Assembly: GCA_963827235.1 (NCBI GenBank)
Contig: CAWHAE010000012.1
Span: forward strand, 96,001-160,000
From: an uncultured bacterium
Lineage (GTDB): Bacteria; Chloroflexota; UBA5177; JANWHV01
Reading direction: 5' to 3'
DNA length: 64,000 nucleotides
Shown here one piece after another: positions 1 to 10,426 of this stretch. The notes below the pieces were generated by a model. It was not told the origin of the DNA, did not search any database, and worked only from the letters and a program-made list of their open reading frames with translations. Numbering within the stretch: position 1 is the stretch's first letter; the number at the start of each line of letters is the position of its first letter. The position numbers and the translations under genes were made by a program.

Positions 1-1
1 T

Positions 2-1180
2 TTTGCCGTCCGGGGCGAGGGAGCGCGGCTGCTGCCACGGCTGCTGGACGCGAAAGAGCGAGCACACAGGGCGGGCAGCCGCTACGCCACGCTCAAGGTC
101 ATGCAATGGCTGGCTCTGGCGGCTCTGCAGGCGGGTCAGCTGCGGCTGGCCTATCGCGAGAGCCTTGCGGCCCTGGACCTGATCGAGCAGGTAGCCGGAT
201 ACGCCCTGCTCACGGGGTACTTTGAGCTGGTCCTGGCACAGGTGCTCTACCAGTGGAACCGGCTGGAGGAGGCGCAAGCACGGCTGCACGCGGTGCTGCA
301 GGCCGCCACGGCCTGGCACGCCTGGCAGCAGGTCGACCTGCTTGGGGCCGGCTACATCGAGCTGCTTCACGTCGCACTCGCCAAGCGCGACGAGACCCTG
401 GCACGGCAGGCACTGGGAGAGGTAGAGCAGCTGGTCGAGCGCGAGCGCTTTGGTCATCATCCGGGCTGGTTGCCGGCGGTGCGCGCCGAATGGTGGCTGT
501 CACAGGGACGCGTCGAGGAGGCAGCCGCCTGGGCTGTCGACGCCGACTTTCCCGTGGTGACCTGGGTCGGCGCCGCGCACGCGGCGTTCCGCGTGGTTAT
601 CCGCGTGTATTTCGCGCAGCGGCGCTGGCGGGAAGCGGTGATCCGGCTGGAGCAATGGCGCGACCGCCTGGATCGCTCTCTCGCGAGCGAGGATACGATC
701 GCGTTCCTTGCTCAGTCGCTGGTCGCCCGCTACCATGCCGGCGACGAAGAGCAGGCGCGCGCGGTCGCAGCGCGCCTGCTGGCGCTGACGCGGGATGAAG
801 GCCACCGGCGGGTGTTCCTGGACGAGGGGGAGCCCATGCGCCAGGCGCTCCTGGCGCTGCACCCGTCGCGCGCAGCGTGCGAAAGTCAGGATCCTACAGC
901 CAGGACCCATGTTGCCGCGGTCCTGGCCGCCTTCCCACAGCAGGAGCCGGCCACGACCATCTCGCTGCCGAGGGCAGCCGCGTCGAGTGCCGCGCTCACC
1001 CGGCGAGAGCGGGAGGTGCTGCACCTGCTCGCCACCGGCGCCTCGAACCAGGAGATTGCGACGACCCTGGTCATCGAACTCTCCACGGTCAAGAAGCACG
1101 TGAGCAATCTGCTCGGCAAGCTGGGCGCCCGCAGTCGCACCCAGGTAGCCATCCGGGCGCGCGATCTCGCGCTGTTCTGA
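2..1180 (+). CDS. MalT-like LuxR-family transcriptional regulator, 5'-truncated by the window edge
   Basis: Frame is open from base 2. TPR-like helical region, then C-terminal LuxR HTH (LTRREREVLHLLATGASNQEIATTLVIELSTVKKHVSNLLGKLG). The RVFLDEGEPM motif is typical of MalT-like regulators. Confidence 0.9.
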   Translation, partial: FAVRGEGARLLPRLLDAKERAHRAGSRYATLKVMQWLALAALQAGQLRLAYRESLAALDLIEQVAGYALLTGYFELVLAQVLYQWNRLEEAQARLHAVLQAATAWHAWQQVDLLGAGYIELLHVALAKRDETLARQALGEVEQLVERERFGHHPGWLPAVRAEWWLSQGRVEEAAAWAVDADFPVVTWVGAAHAAFRVVIRVYFAQRRWREAVIRLEQWRDRLDRSLASEDTIAFLAQSLVARYHAGDEEQARAVAARLLALTRDEGHRRVFLDEGEPMRQALLALHPSRAACESQDPTARTHVAAVLAAFPQQEPATTISLPRAAASSAALTRREREVLHLLATGASNQEIATTLVIELSTVKKHVSNLLGKLGARSRTQVAIRARDLALF

Positions 1181-1529
1181 GATGGTTCCTCCCAACGACC
1201 AGGCGGGCCGGGCCGCGACGCTCCGTGCAGTAGACTTTTGGCGGCTGTCTGGTATCTGTCGGCTCTCTATGCTGATCGCAGGAGCGAATCAGCGGAGATG
1301 GGGGGACAGCAATGGACGATGCCGGCCGGATACCGGAACACCTTCGCCAGTTGTCGCGTCGCCAGGTTTGGCACTCTGAGCTTGCCAAGAGGGGGGTATG
1401 ATGGCGCTCTGGGCCTATCGGCAGATGCGGCGGACGCTGGCCGCGCGGGCCGTAGCAGCATCCGCGCCGCGCGGACTCGCCGCGGTGCGCGCCGTGCCAC
1501 GCGAGGCGCGCACCGCGGGAGGATCATCC

Positions 1530-2450
1530 GTGAATGCGGATGCCGCCATCAGCGTGCGCGGCTTGCACAAGGCGTATGGTGATCGCGACGCCGTGCGCGG
1601 CATCGACTTCGACGTGCAGCACGGCGAGATACTGGCCCTTCTGGGACCAAACGGCGCGGGGAAAACCACCACCGTCGAGATCCTCGAGGGATATCGCCAG
1701 CGCTCCGCCGGACTGGTGCAGGTACTTGGCGAAGACCCGGCCAGCGCACCGCTCCTGTGGCGCGATCGGATCGGCATCGTGCTGCAGGAGTCCGAGATAG
1801 AGCCGGACCTGAGGGCCGAGGAATGCGTCGAGCTGTACGCCGGCTACCACCTCCACCCCAAGCCCGTACGGGAAACGCTGGAACTGGTAGGCCTGACAGG
1901 GCAGGCTTCGACGCGCGGCTCGCACCTGAGCGGCGGGCAGCGGCGTCGCCTGGACGTAGCGCTCGCGCTCATCGGCGACCCCGAGCTGATCTTTCTCGAT
2001 GAGCCGACGACGGGCTTCGATCCGTCGGCTCGGCGCCAGGCCTGGGAGGTCGTGGCCGGGCTGAGACACCTGGGCAAAACGATCCTTCTCACCACCCACT
2101 ACATGGATGAAGCTGAGTATCTGGCCGACCGGATCATCGTCGTCGCGGGAGGGACCATCGTGGCAGAGGGCCCGCCCCAGACCCTGGCAGGCCGTGAGAT
2201 GCGGCCCGCTACTGTGACCTTCACACTTCCCGTCGGCGTCGATCCGGGCTCGCTGCCGGCCACGCTTCTGCCGCTCTCGCCCTCGGCACGAGACGGCCGG
2301 GTGCGCCTGGCCAGCGAGCAGCCTCTTTCCGACCTGGCGCTGCTGGCATCTTGGGCGCGCGAGCGCGGCATCGATCTGCCTGACGTCGAGGTCAAGCGTC
2401 CGACGCTCGAAGACATCTATATCGAGCTTACGGAGGAGAAGTCCGCATGA
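1530..2450 (+). CDS. ABC-2 exporter ATP-binding subunit
   Basis: Walker A GPNGAGKTT, signature LSGGQ, Walker B IFLDEPT, H-loop TTHY. GTG start at 1530 follows GGAGGA. Confidence 0.92.
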   Translation: MNADAAISVRGLHKAYGDRDAVRGIDFDVQHGEILALLGPNGAGKTTTVEILEGYRQRSAGLVQVLGEDPASAPLLWRDRIGIVLQESEIEPDLRAEECVELYAGYHLHPKPVRETLELVGLTGQASTRGSHLSGGQRRRLDVALALIGDPELIFLDEPTTGFDPSARRQAWEVVAGLRHLGKTILLTTHYMDEAEYLADRIIVVAGGTIVAEGPPQTLAGREMRPATVTFTLPVGVDPGSLPATLLPLSPSARDGRVRLASEQPLSDLALLASWARERGIDLPDVEVKRPTLEDIYIELTEEKSA

Positions 2451-3274
2451 GTCCGGCCATGAGCATCACCACCACCCGCGCCACGGGACGCACGCCGGCA
2501 GCGCTGCTGGCGCTGGTCGGGCATCAGTTTACCTTCGAGCTGCGCAGCTTCCGGCGCAACCGGCAGGCGCGCTTCTTCACCGTGATTCTTCCGGTGCTCT
2601 TCCTGGTGATCTTCATCACCGTCTTCGGCAACGGCACGGTGCATCTGTCAAGCGGCGTTAGGGTCAAGACATCGACCTACTATGTACCCGGGCTGACCGC
2701 GATGGGCATCATCTCGGCCTCATTTGCCAGCCTGGTCGTGTCGGTGGTAGCGCAGCGGGAGTCGGGCATCCTGAAGCGGCGGCGTGCAGCACCTGTCCCG
2801 GCCTGGGTGCTTATCCTTGGCCGGGCGCTGCTCGCCGTACTCACAGCGCTGTTCATGTGTGTGCTCCTGCTCGCCATCGGCAGCATCTTCTTCGGCGTGA
2901 GTCTGCCCACGCGCACGATACCGGCGGTGGTAGCGGCAGCAGTTCTTGGGGCGATTGCCTGCTGCAGCGTCGGCTTCGCCATGGCGAGCTTCATCGGCAA
3001 CCTGGACTCAGCGCAACCAGTTGTGCAAGCTATCTTGCTGCCGCTGTATTTCATCTCCGGCGTCTTCGTGCCGCAGAGCGAGATATCTTCGTGGCTCAGC
3101 ACTCTCGCCGGCGTGTTCCCGGTGCGTCACCTAAGCGGCGCCCTCGTGGCAGCGTACGATCCCGGCACTACGGGCTCGGGCATCAGCGGAGCCGACCTAG
3201 CCGTGCTGGCAGCCTGGGCGGCCGGCGGACTCGTGGTGGCGCTTCTACGCTTCTCCTGGGAGCCTCACGATTGA
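2447..3274 (+). CDS. ABC-2 type permease
   Basis: About 6 hydrophobic segments, RESGILKR motif, ISGVFVP. ATGA overlap with the ATPase gene. Confidence 0.9.
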   Translation: MSPAMSITTTRATGRTPAALLALVGHQFTFELRSFRRNRQARFFTVILPVLFLVIFITVFGNGTVHLSSGVRVKTSTYYVPGLTAMGIISASFASLVVSVVAQRESGILKRRRAAPVPAWVLILGRALLAVLTALFMCVLLLAIGSIFFGVSLPTRTIPAVVAAAVLGAIACCSVGFAMASFIGNLDSAQPVVQAILLPLYFISGVFVPQSEISSWLSTLAGVFPVRHLSGALVAAYDPGTTGSGISGADLAVLAAWAAGGLVVALLRFSWEPHD

Positions 3275-3945
3275 TGCATCTTCCGGTCGTTTGTGGACCG
3301 CGCCGGCGCACGCCAGCCTAATAAGTCCATATTTGTCGAAGCACCAGCTATCGACCATCGTCTATTGGCTTGACCAGGGTGCGAAGAACAACTGTCTACT
3401 ACAAGCTCATCCACGCTATCGCCCTATCAGGCAGACCAGTTCGACCTGCACGCTCGCCGTCGGCCCGAAGTCCGCGGTACTACCATGTGCTTGTCGGATG
3501 TGGGACCACTGCCGGCGCACAGGACGTCAGGCGGACACCCGCCGCGATGCCTTTTGCAGCCGGCTCCGGTAGCCGTTGAGGCCGGAGCAATAGGGGGTGG
3601 CGTACGTGCAGGTCCGGCCGGCGCGGCTGCAGCATGTGCAGCAGCCGCATGGTGGCCAGGGCGCTCGTGGGCATTGCGACGTCGGCCGCTGGTTGGTTGA
3701 GCGCTTCATAGAGGTCCAATGGGATCAGGGCGGTATCGCGGTAGGCGAGTGCATGGAAATGGAAGGCCGCTGTGCGCGCAACGACCCTCTGGCGAACCCG
3801 CCCGAGCGGCAGATCAGCCTCGTTCGGCGCGCACGCGAGGGGCGCATGTGTGCACCCTCCGCGACGAGTAATTGGCGCGAATGGCGTGAGCGGCAGCACC
3901 GTCGAGGACGACCCCGCCGACGCCCTGGTCTCCGCGGAGGCGATT

Positions 3946-4437
3946 CTACAGCTTGTACCCGATCATGCGCAGGAAGTCTTTGCGTTGCACCTTGGCCGCT
4001 TCGTCCTCGATGCCCAACGGCGACTGACCGTCTATCACGCCCACAATGCCCCGCCCTTGTTCGGTCTCTGCCACGATGACCTGGAGCGGGTTGGCCGTCG
4101 CGCAGAAGATACGGCACACCTCGGGCACGTTCTTGACGGCATTCAGCACGTTAATCGGGAAGGCATTCCCCAGGAAGATGATAAACGCGTGCCCCGCGCC
4201 GATCGCTTGAGCCGTCCTCTCAGCCAAGCCAGTCAGCTCTGCATCAGTGCCGGCTGACCGCACGAGCCGCGGGCCGGATGCCTCGCAGAAAGCCAGGCCG
4301 AACTTGATCCCAGGCACACTGTTGACCACTGCCTCAAAGACATCTTCGATGGTTTTGATGAAGTTGCTTTGCCCGAGGATGAGATTGAGGTCCGGGTCAG
4401 GTCTTTCGATAGGGACAAGAGAGAGCTGGACAGGCAT
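3946..4437 (-). CDS. Adenosine-specific kinase family protein (PAE2307/DUF355-like)
   Basis: Family motifs NLILGQSNFIKTIED, FGLAFCEASGPRLVR, IGAGH, ATANP and C-terminal IGYK. GGAGG RBS upstream. Confidence 0.85.
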   Translation of the reverse strand: MPVQLSLVPIERPDPDLNLILGQSNFIKTIEDVFEAVVNSVPGIKFGLAFCEASGPRLVRSAGTDAELTGLAERTAQAIGAGHAFIIFLGNAFPINVLNAVKNVPEVCRIFCATANPLQVIVAETEQGRGIVGVIDGQSPLGIEDEAAKVQRKDFLRMIGYKL

Positions 4438-4787
4438 ATGACCTCCGAAAGCTGTGGCAATTAGTGGTCATAGTCTACCGCCGAGTGCTCTCATCCGCAA
4501 CGAAGGGAGTCACCTGCTCCAGGCGGAAGGGACGCCGCGCAATAAACTTGCAGGCATACTGAAGTGTGGGATGGCTGTCGCTGCAACCGCCTGGTAGGGA
4601 GTGCCGGCTGGCGACGTCAACCCACACCTCCTCCACATATTCGCGCAGAGGGACCTGAGCGCCTCTCACGGGTGGGGAAATCGCCTCCGGCTGCGCCGGA
4701 CGGCAGGCATGCCCCGACCACGCCCGCTTGCCGGGGTCTTGTTCAGCGGAGATCGCCCCGGCAACAGCCGGAGGCCGGTCGGCCGCC

Positions 4788-6416
4788 TCAGCGCATGTAT
4801 GGATACCGGTAATCGCGCGCAGGATCGAAGGTTTCCTTGATCGATCGCGGGCTCGCCCAGCGGATCAGGTTCCACATCGAGCCGGCCTTGTCGTTGGTGC
4901 CCGACGCCCGCGCGCCGCCGAACGGTTGCTGCCCGACCACGGCGCCCGTAGGCTTGTCGTTCACGTAGAAGTTGCCTGCCGCGTGGCGAAGGGCGCCGCT
5001 TGCCTGGAGAATCGCCCGTCGATCCCGGGCAAACACGGCCCCGGTGAGCGCGTACGGGCCGGTGGCGTCGATAAGCTTCAGGGTCGCTTCATATTCGTGA
5101 TCGGGATACACGTACGCGGTGAGGATCGGTCCGAACAGCTCCTCGCGCAGCAGCCGGTACGCGGGGTCGCGAGTCACGATCAGGGTCGGCTGCACGAAGT
5201 AGCCGGTCGTGTCGTCGGTGCCGCCGCCGGCCATGATGTCCGCCGCGGCACTGCCGCGCGCCTCCTCGATGGCCTGCCGGTGCGTGGCGAAAGCGGCGTC
5301 ATCGATCACCGCGCACATGAAGTTGTGGAAGTCGGTCGGGGCGCCCATGGGAATGGAAGCGATGTCCTCGACCAGCCGTTCGCTCAGCCTGGGCCAAAGG
5401 CTGGACGGCACGTAGAGCCGGGAAGCCGCGGAGCACTTCTGTCCCTGGTACTCGAAGGCGCCGCGCACGATCGCGGTGGCCAGGGCATCGAGGTCCGCGG
5501 AGCGGTGCGCCACGATGAAGTCTTTGCCGCCGGTCTCTCCCACGAGGCGGGGATAGTTCCGGTAGGCGCCGATATTCGCGCCCACGGTTTGCCACATGCC
5601 CTGAAAGACCGCCGTCGAGCCGGTGAAGTGGATGCCGGCCAGGTCGGGGTGTCGCAATGCCGTCTCGCCGATCTCCGCACCCGGTCCGTGAACGAGGTTG
5701 ATCACCCCGTCCGGCAGGCCGGCCTCTCGTAGCAGGCACATGATCACATGGGCGGAGAAAGCGGCGGTCGAAGCCGGCTTCCACACCACGGTATTGCCCA
5801 ACAGCGCCGGCGCCGTGGGCAGGTTGCCGGCGATAGACGTGAAGTTGAACGGCGTGACCGCGAAGACGAAGCCCTCCAGCGGCCGGTAGTCGAAGCGATT
5901 CCAGGCGCCCGGTCCCGACAGCGGCTGCTCGGCGTAGATGCGTGCCGTGTAGGCGACGTTGAAGCGCCAGAAGTCGCACAGTTCGCAGGCGGCGTCGATC
6001 TCCGCCTGATGCACCGTCTTCGACTGTCCGAGCATGGTGGCGGCGTTCAGCCGGTCACGCCATGGGCCGGCCAGCAGGTTGGCGGCGCGCAGGAGGATGG
6101 CTGCTCGATCCGGCCAGGGCGTCGTCGCCCAGTCCGGCCAGGCGCGGGCGGCTGCCTCGATGGCCGACTGCATCTCCCGCCGACCGCCCTGATGCACGTC
6201 GGCCAGCACGTGGCTTTTCTCATGGGGCATGACGGCGGGACGGAGCCTTCCCGTGCGCACGTCCTCGCCCCCGATGACCAGGGGAATCTCGGCGCGCTCG
6301 GCGCTCATGCGGCCGAGGCACTCTTCCAGGGTGGCGCGCTCGGGTGAGCCGGGCGCGTAGGCGCGCACCGGCTCGTTCAGCGGAATGGGTGGGTTGGCAG
6401 CTCCCGCGATACTCAT
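4788..6416 (-). CDS. pruA: L-glutamate gamma-semialdehyde (P5C) dehydrogenase
   Basis: NEPVRAYAPGSPER, PFNF, FTGST, GETGGK, FEYQGQKCSA, EELFGP, QQPFGGARASGTNDKAG. ATG at 6416 follows GGAGGG. Confidence 0.95.
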   Translation of the reverse strand: MSIAGAANPPIPLNEPVRAYAPGSPERATLEECLGRMSAERAEIPLVIGGEDVRTGRLRPAVMPHEKSHVLADVHQGGRREMQSAIEAAARAWPDWATTPWPDRAAILLRAANLLAGPWRDRLNAATMLGQSKTVHQAEIDAACELCDFWRFNVAYTARIYAEQPLSGPGAWNRFDYRPLEGFVFAVTPFNFTSIAGNLPTAPALLGNTVVWKPASTAAFSAHVIMCLLREAGLPDGVINLVHGPGAEIGETALRHPDLAGIHFTGSTAVFQGMWQTVGANIGAYRNYPRLVGETGGKDFIVAHRSADLDALATAIVRGAFEYQGQKCSAASRLYVPSSLWPRLSERLVEDIASIPMGAPTDFHNFMCAVIDDAAFATHRQAIEEARGSAAADIMAGGGTDDTTGYFVQPTLIVTRDPAYRLLREELFGPILTAYVYPDHEYEATLKLIDATGPYALTGAVFARDRRAILQASGALRHAAGNFYVNDKPTGAVVGQQPFGGARASGTNDKAGSMWNLIRWASPRSIKETFDPARDYRYPYMR

Positions 6417-6700
6417 GGACGCCCTCCAGTTGCCTTGCTTTGCGGCATACGCAGGCGTAGCCCGAAGCGGACCCGGGATCTGGCGCGGCACGTCGTGCGT
6501 GGCGGCGAGCGCCGTCCGAGGGTGCTCAGGCAGGCGACGCAGTGAGTAATATACCAGGGCGTCACGTTGCGCAGGACGATGCTGCTTCGCATCACGGATG
6601 CCGACTGCGTGTACATTAATCTGCGTACGGAAGCCATGGATATGCCGAGCCTCGACGCCCGGCAGGCCAGTCTGTTCTGGAGCCACCCGGGGAGGATCAC

Positions 6701-7336
6701 ATGGAGAAGCTTACGATCGACGCTTACGGCCGGACTGTGACCGGCAAGAAGGTGAAGGCACTTCGGCGCAAAGGCCTCCTGCCCGCCAATCTCTATGGGC
6801 ACAACGTGCCGTCGCAGTCGCTGCAGGTCGATACCACCACGTTCATGCGCTTGCAGCCGCACCTCTCCGCGACCTCACTGCTCACGCTCAAGGTGGACGG
6901 TAAGGCGGAGAGCCTGGTCATGATTCACCGCGTCCAGCATGACTCGTTGACCAGACGGCCAAAGCACATAGAGTTCTTCCAGGTCAACGCGGCGGAGCGC
7001 CTTACCGCGAGCGTTCCTCTGGTCCTCACCGGGGTGCCCGAGGCAGCGCGCAACAACGACGGCTTTGTGCTCCTGCACGAGCTCGCCTCCCTCGAGGTCA
7101 CCTGCCTGCCGGGCGATCTGCCGTCGGCAATCGAGGTGCCTTGTGTAACGCTGGTCGAGGCCGGCGACGCGATCTTCGTGCGCGATCTCGCGATCGACAG
7201 GTCGAAGATCACGGTGCGAGCCGACGGCGCCACGATGATCGTGAGCCTCGCCACGAGCCAGATTGCGCCTGAGGATCAGGTGGCCCCGGCCGCCGAGTCC
7301 GCGCCGAGCGAAGCGGAGGCGGCAAGCGAGTCGTAG
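6701..7336 (+). CDS. rplY: 50S ribosomal protein bL25 / general stress protein Ctc (long form)
   Basis: GKKVKALRRKGLLPANLYG, HIEF, C-terminal beta domain (LPGDLPSAIEV...GDAIFVRDL). GGAGGA RBS. Confidence 0.93.
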   Translation: MEKLTIDAYGRTVTGKKVKALRRKGLLPANLYGHNVPSQSLQVDTTTFMRLQPHLSATSLLTLKVDGKAESLVMIHRVQHDSLTRRPKHIEFFQVNAAERLTASVPLVLTGVPEAARNNDGFVLLHELASLEVTCLPGDLPSAIEVPCVTLVEAGDAIFVRDLAIDRSKITVRADGATMIVSLATSQIAPEDQVAPAAESAPSEAEAASES

Positions 7337-7460
7337 CCGGAGGCAAATCCCCGCGGATCGCGCGGTCCGTCGTCAGGCGCCGAGTCACCCCTGCGGTCCG
7401 GCCGCCCGTCGTGACTCGTCCTCTGTGGAGCGGTCCCTGAGAGCGGTTCGGAGTTCCAGT

Positions 7461-7496
7461 AATCGGGCAATGCCGTGAAAGCGGCATCGCCCGATT
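7461..7496. other. Strong stem-loop with GAAA tetraloop downstream of rplY
   Basis: AATCGGGC-A-ATGCCG-T-GAAA-G-CGGCAT-C-GCCCGATT. No U-tract. Confidence 0.55.
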
Positions 7497-7807
7497 GTGC
7501 TGTGCCGGGGCAAGGCCGGTGCTCCGGCGATCTTGCCTACCTGGCCAGCGTTCACAGCGATCGCCTCGACCGCATTCGTTACCGCCGATGACCGGATCTG
7601 ACCCCAGGGCGTTGCGCGACCGCTGCTATTGCACTATGGTGAGCGCGCGGCGGCAGTAGCATGAACCGCGAGCCGGTATCGCGGTAACCACGCGCAGTTC
7701 TGCCGGTCGTGGACGGCCGCCCGGCACTTCGGTGCGCTTGGTCGCCGGTCGGATTCCGGGCACGTGCGGAGGACGGCAACGTGCCACTCCGAGCAGAGGA
7801 GGAGACG

Positions 7808-10210
7808 GTGGTGGAGCACGAGCATCCGGACACGGAGCCACCCTGCACGCGGGATGCGGCAGGCCGGGGGGACATCTACGAGCTGCTGGGCTTCGCCACC
7901 ATGAGCGGTGAGGACCCCCTCAAGCTGTGGGCACGGTTGCGCGACACGAGGGAGTGGCTCGTGGGACCCCTCGCCCCCGATGCGTGGGCCGGCCAGGTCT
8001 TCGTCGCCGACCATGCCGACATCTTCGCCTTTCGCTTTCTGGCCCTGCCCGCCGGGTGGTCGGCCGAATGCTCGGGCGACCACCCGGCGATGGCGGCGGC
8101 GGAGCGCTTTGCCGGCTGGTGGTCCGGCTCGGCAAGCTGGTGGGAGCAGATCGGCCCCAAGGCGCCCGACGACTCCTATGCTCACATGTCCTGGCGAATG
8201 CCGGACGGCGGTCCCGCGGTGACCTACGAATGGGCCCGGACCGCCGACAATGAGGTGGTATGCCGCGTCACCCTATCCGAGTCTGCCGACCTCGTCGTGC
8301 AGGCGTACGTTCCCTGGGACGACCAGGCGCCGCGCTTCTCGGTGCTCTACTCCGAGTCAGCGGACCGGCGCTTTCTGCGTGGGCGCTCCTGGGTGCCCGG
8401 CACGCGTGACGGCATGCGCTGGGTGCTCGGATTCAGCACCTGCCCTGCGGACACCTCCCGGCAGGCTCTGGCCGCTCACACCATGCCCCGGGACGTGCAC
8501 CGGGGGCGCAAATGGCACGGCTATTTCCGCGGCCAGCGGACGCTCTACCTGTGCGGGCGCCAGGGCCGGACGTACGAGGCCCTGGAACGGGCGGTGAGCG
8601 ATCGCCTCGACGCGCAGGCGATCGACGCGCTCCTGGCGGCGAACCGGGATCGCTATCTGCGGACCCGGCCCGACGGACAGGGTTGGCTCGCCGGCGTCCC
8701 GGCGGCGATCAACGATCAGGTCCAATGGAGCGAGGTGTACACGCCGTTGCGGCGGCGGCCCTACATCACCGTCAGCCGCTCCTGGGCCGAGGAAAACAAC
8801 TCATGCCCGGACTTTCTCTGGGACAGCTTCTTCAACGCCCTGCTGATCTGCCAGGAAGACGAAGCCCGCTGCTTCAACATGGTGAGAGACATCGTCTCCT
8901 GGCAGAACGACCAGGGAATGTTCGCCCAGTACGGCCAGTGGATCGGCCATCCCGAACAGTGGAAGTTCCCGATTGCCTGGGGACACACGCAGTACCCAAT
9001 CGGCGCCCTCGCCGTGGCGAAGATCTACCTCCGGCGGCCCAACAGGGCGTTCCTCGAAGAAGTCTACCCGCGGTTGCTCAGAGCGCACCGCTGGTTCTTT
9101 GCCGATCGTGGCGACGGCCAGCCCTGGCGCGACGGCAACCGGAACGGCCTCCTGGAGTTGGGAGCCAACTACCCCGCCGAGATCCCGTACGCGGATCGGC
9201 AGCAGGTCGCCTACTTCGAGTCGCACGACGACAGCCCGCAGTGGTGGAACGTCGCTCGTTACAACGAGCACACGCAGACGATCGAGCAGGACGTGGTGGA
9301 GCGAAACTGCCTGTACGCGCTGGACTGCTGGGTGCTCGCCTGGATGGCGGGAGTGCTCCGCCGGACGCAGGAAGCACGGGAGCTGGAGGCGGAGCACGGC
9401 GTGATGGCGGAGCGGATCAATCGCCTGCTCTGGGATCCGGCGCGAAGCTGCTACTTCAACCGGCGCTGGCAGCCCGTGCACGGGGATCCGTTCTTCCCCC
9501 AGGTGGCGCCCGACGTTTTCTTCTCCCTGCTCGGGAAGGTGGCGGATGCCGAGCGCCGGGAGCACCTGCGCGCGATCTTTCACGATCCCGCGAGATTCGC
9601 CGGCGAGTGGATCCTGCCGACGATCAGCCGGGACGATCCTGCATATACCGGGCAGCACTACTGGCGGGGCAAGGTGTGGGCGCCGATCAACTGGTTGGTC
9701 TACCAGGGCTTCAAGCTTCATCAGTGGGACACCGAGGCGCGGATGCTGGCGGAGTCCAGCGCCGCCATGTTCCTGCGGCAATGGCGAGAACTCGGTCATT
9801 GCTACGAGAACTTTCTGTCCACGACCGGGGAAGGCTCGAGCGACCCGCACTACACCTGGGGCGCACTGATGGCGTTGATCGCGGTGGAGGAGCTGATCGA
9901 TGCCAACCCCTGGCACGGTCTGCGTTTCGGCAATCTCGATCCGGTGGCGGACGCGGCGATCGAGCGTTACTACGTCGCGGGGTCGCACTACGATGTGGCG
10001 ATGTCGTCGCGGCACGTGGAGGTGAGGAAGGACGACCGCCCGCTCTTCTCGTCGGATGCTCCGGTGGAAATCCGCCACGTCCGCTTCGAGCAGGACGAGG
10101 TCCGTTTCGAGCTGCGGTCGGCGAGTCCGTGCACGCTCGCCGTGGGATCAGGCCGGCCGACGTCGTACTCGCCGGGAACTCATCGAGGCGCCGGCCGCCT
10201 TCACGCATAA
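7808..10210 (+). CDS. GH63/MGH1-like (trehalase-like) six-hairpin glycoside hydrolase
   Basis: FLWDSFF, ESHDDSP, YWRGKVWAPINWLVY, YENF...YTWG. GTG start after GAGGAGGAG. Confidence 0.8.
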   Translation: MVEHEHPDTEPPCTRDAAGRGDIYELLGFATMSGEDPLKLWARLRDTREWLVGPLAPDAWAGQVFVADHADIFAFRFLALPAGWSAECSGDHPAMAAAERFAGWWSGSASWWEQIGPKAPDDSYAHMSWRMPDGGPAVTYEWARTADNEVVCRVTLSESADLVVQAYVPWDDQAPRFSVLYSESADRRFLRGRSWVPGTRDGMRWVLGFSTCPADTSRQALAAHTMPRDVHRGRKWHGYFRGQRTLYLCGRQGRTYEALERAVSDRLDAQAIDALLAANRDRYLRTRPDGQGWLAGVPAAINDQVQWSEVYTPLRRRPYITVSRSWAEENNSCPDFLWDSFFNALLICQEDEARCFNMVRDIVSWQNDQGMFAQYGQWIGHPEQWKFPIAWGHTQYPIGALAVAKIYLRRPNRAFLEEVYPRLLRAHRWFFADRGDGQPWRDGNRNGLLELGANYPAEIPYADRQQVAYFESHDDSPQWWNVARYNEHTQTIEQDVVERNCLYALDCWVLAWMAGVLRRTQEARELEAEHGVMAERINRLLWDPARSCYFNRRWQPVHGDPFFPQVAPDVFFSLLGKVADAERREHLRAIFHDPARFAGEWILPTISRDDPAYTGQHYWRGKVWAPINWLVYQGFKLHQWDTEARMLAESSAAMFLRQWRELGHCYENFLSTTGEGSSDPHYTWGALMALIAVEELIDANPWHGLRFGNLDPVADAAIERYYVAGSHYDVAMSSRHVEVRKDDRPLFSSDAPVEIRHVRFEQDEVRFELRSASPCTLAVGSGRPTSYSPGTHRGAGRLHA

Positions 10211-10426
10211 CGCTCGTGCCGATCGATTGGCGTGATGTTGCGCGGCCTGCGGCCCGGTCTCGAGGCGCCGGTGCGCTGCCGGCGAGGTGAATACGGTGCA
10301 CTTGCGCGGCTCGGCTCGCCCGAGGTAGGTTTGCAGTTCGGGGCGGGAGATCGCCGCTGAGCCGTCTCCCCTCCGTGTAGGCCGCGCGCGACAGGCCGCG
10401 GAGAGCGGGGCGAAGCAGGTACGAAG

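Noticed and set aside
3480-3899. Possible small CDS between the ABC-2 permease and the adenosine-kinase gene
   Set aside because: No RBS, motif or convincing coding signal.
7425-7450. CTGAGA / CTCTCAGG resembling TPP or glycine riboswitch cores
   Set aside because: The other conserved elements are absent and gene orientation does not fit.
8512-10290. Long alternative-frame and antisense ORFs (e.g. 8512-10290, 14096-16216, 46046-47899, 50657-52141)
   Set aside because: Arg/Pro/Ala-rich shadows of real genes, expected at high GC, with no recognisable motifs.
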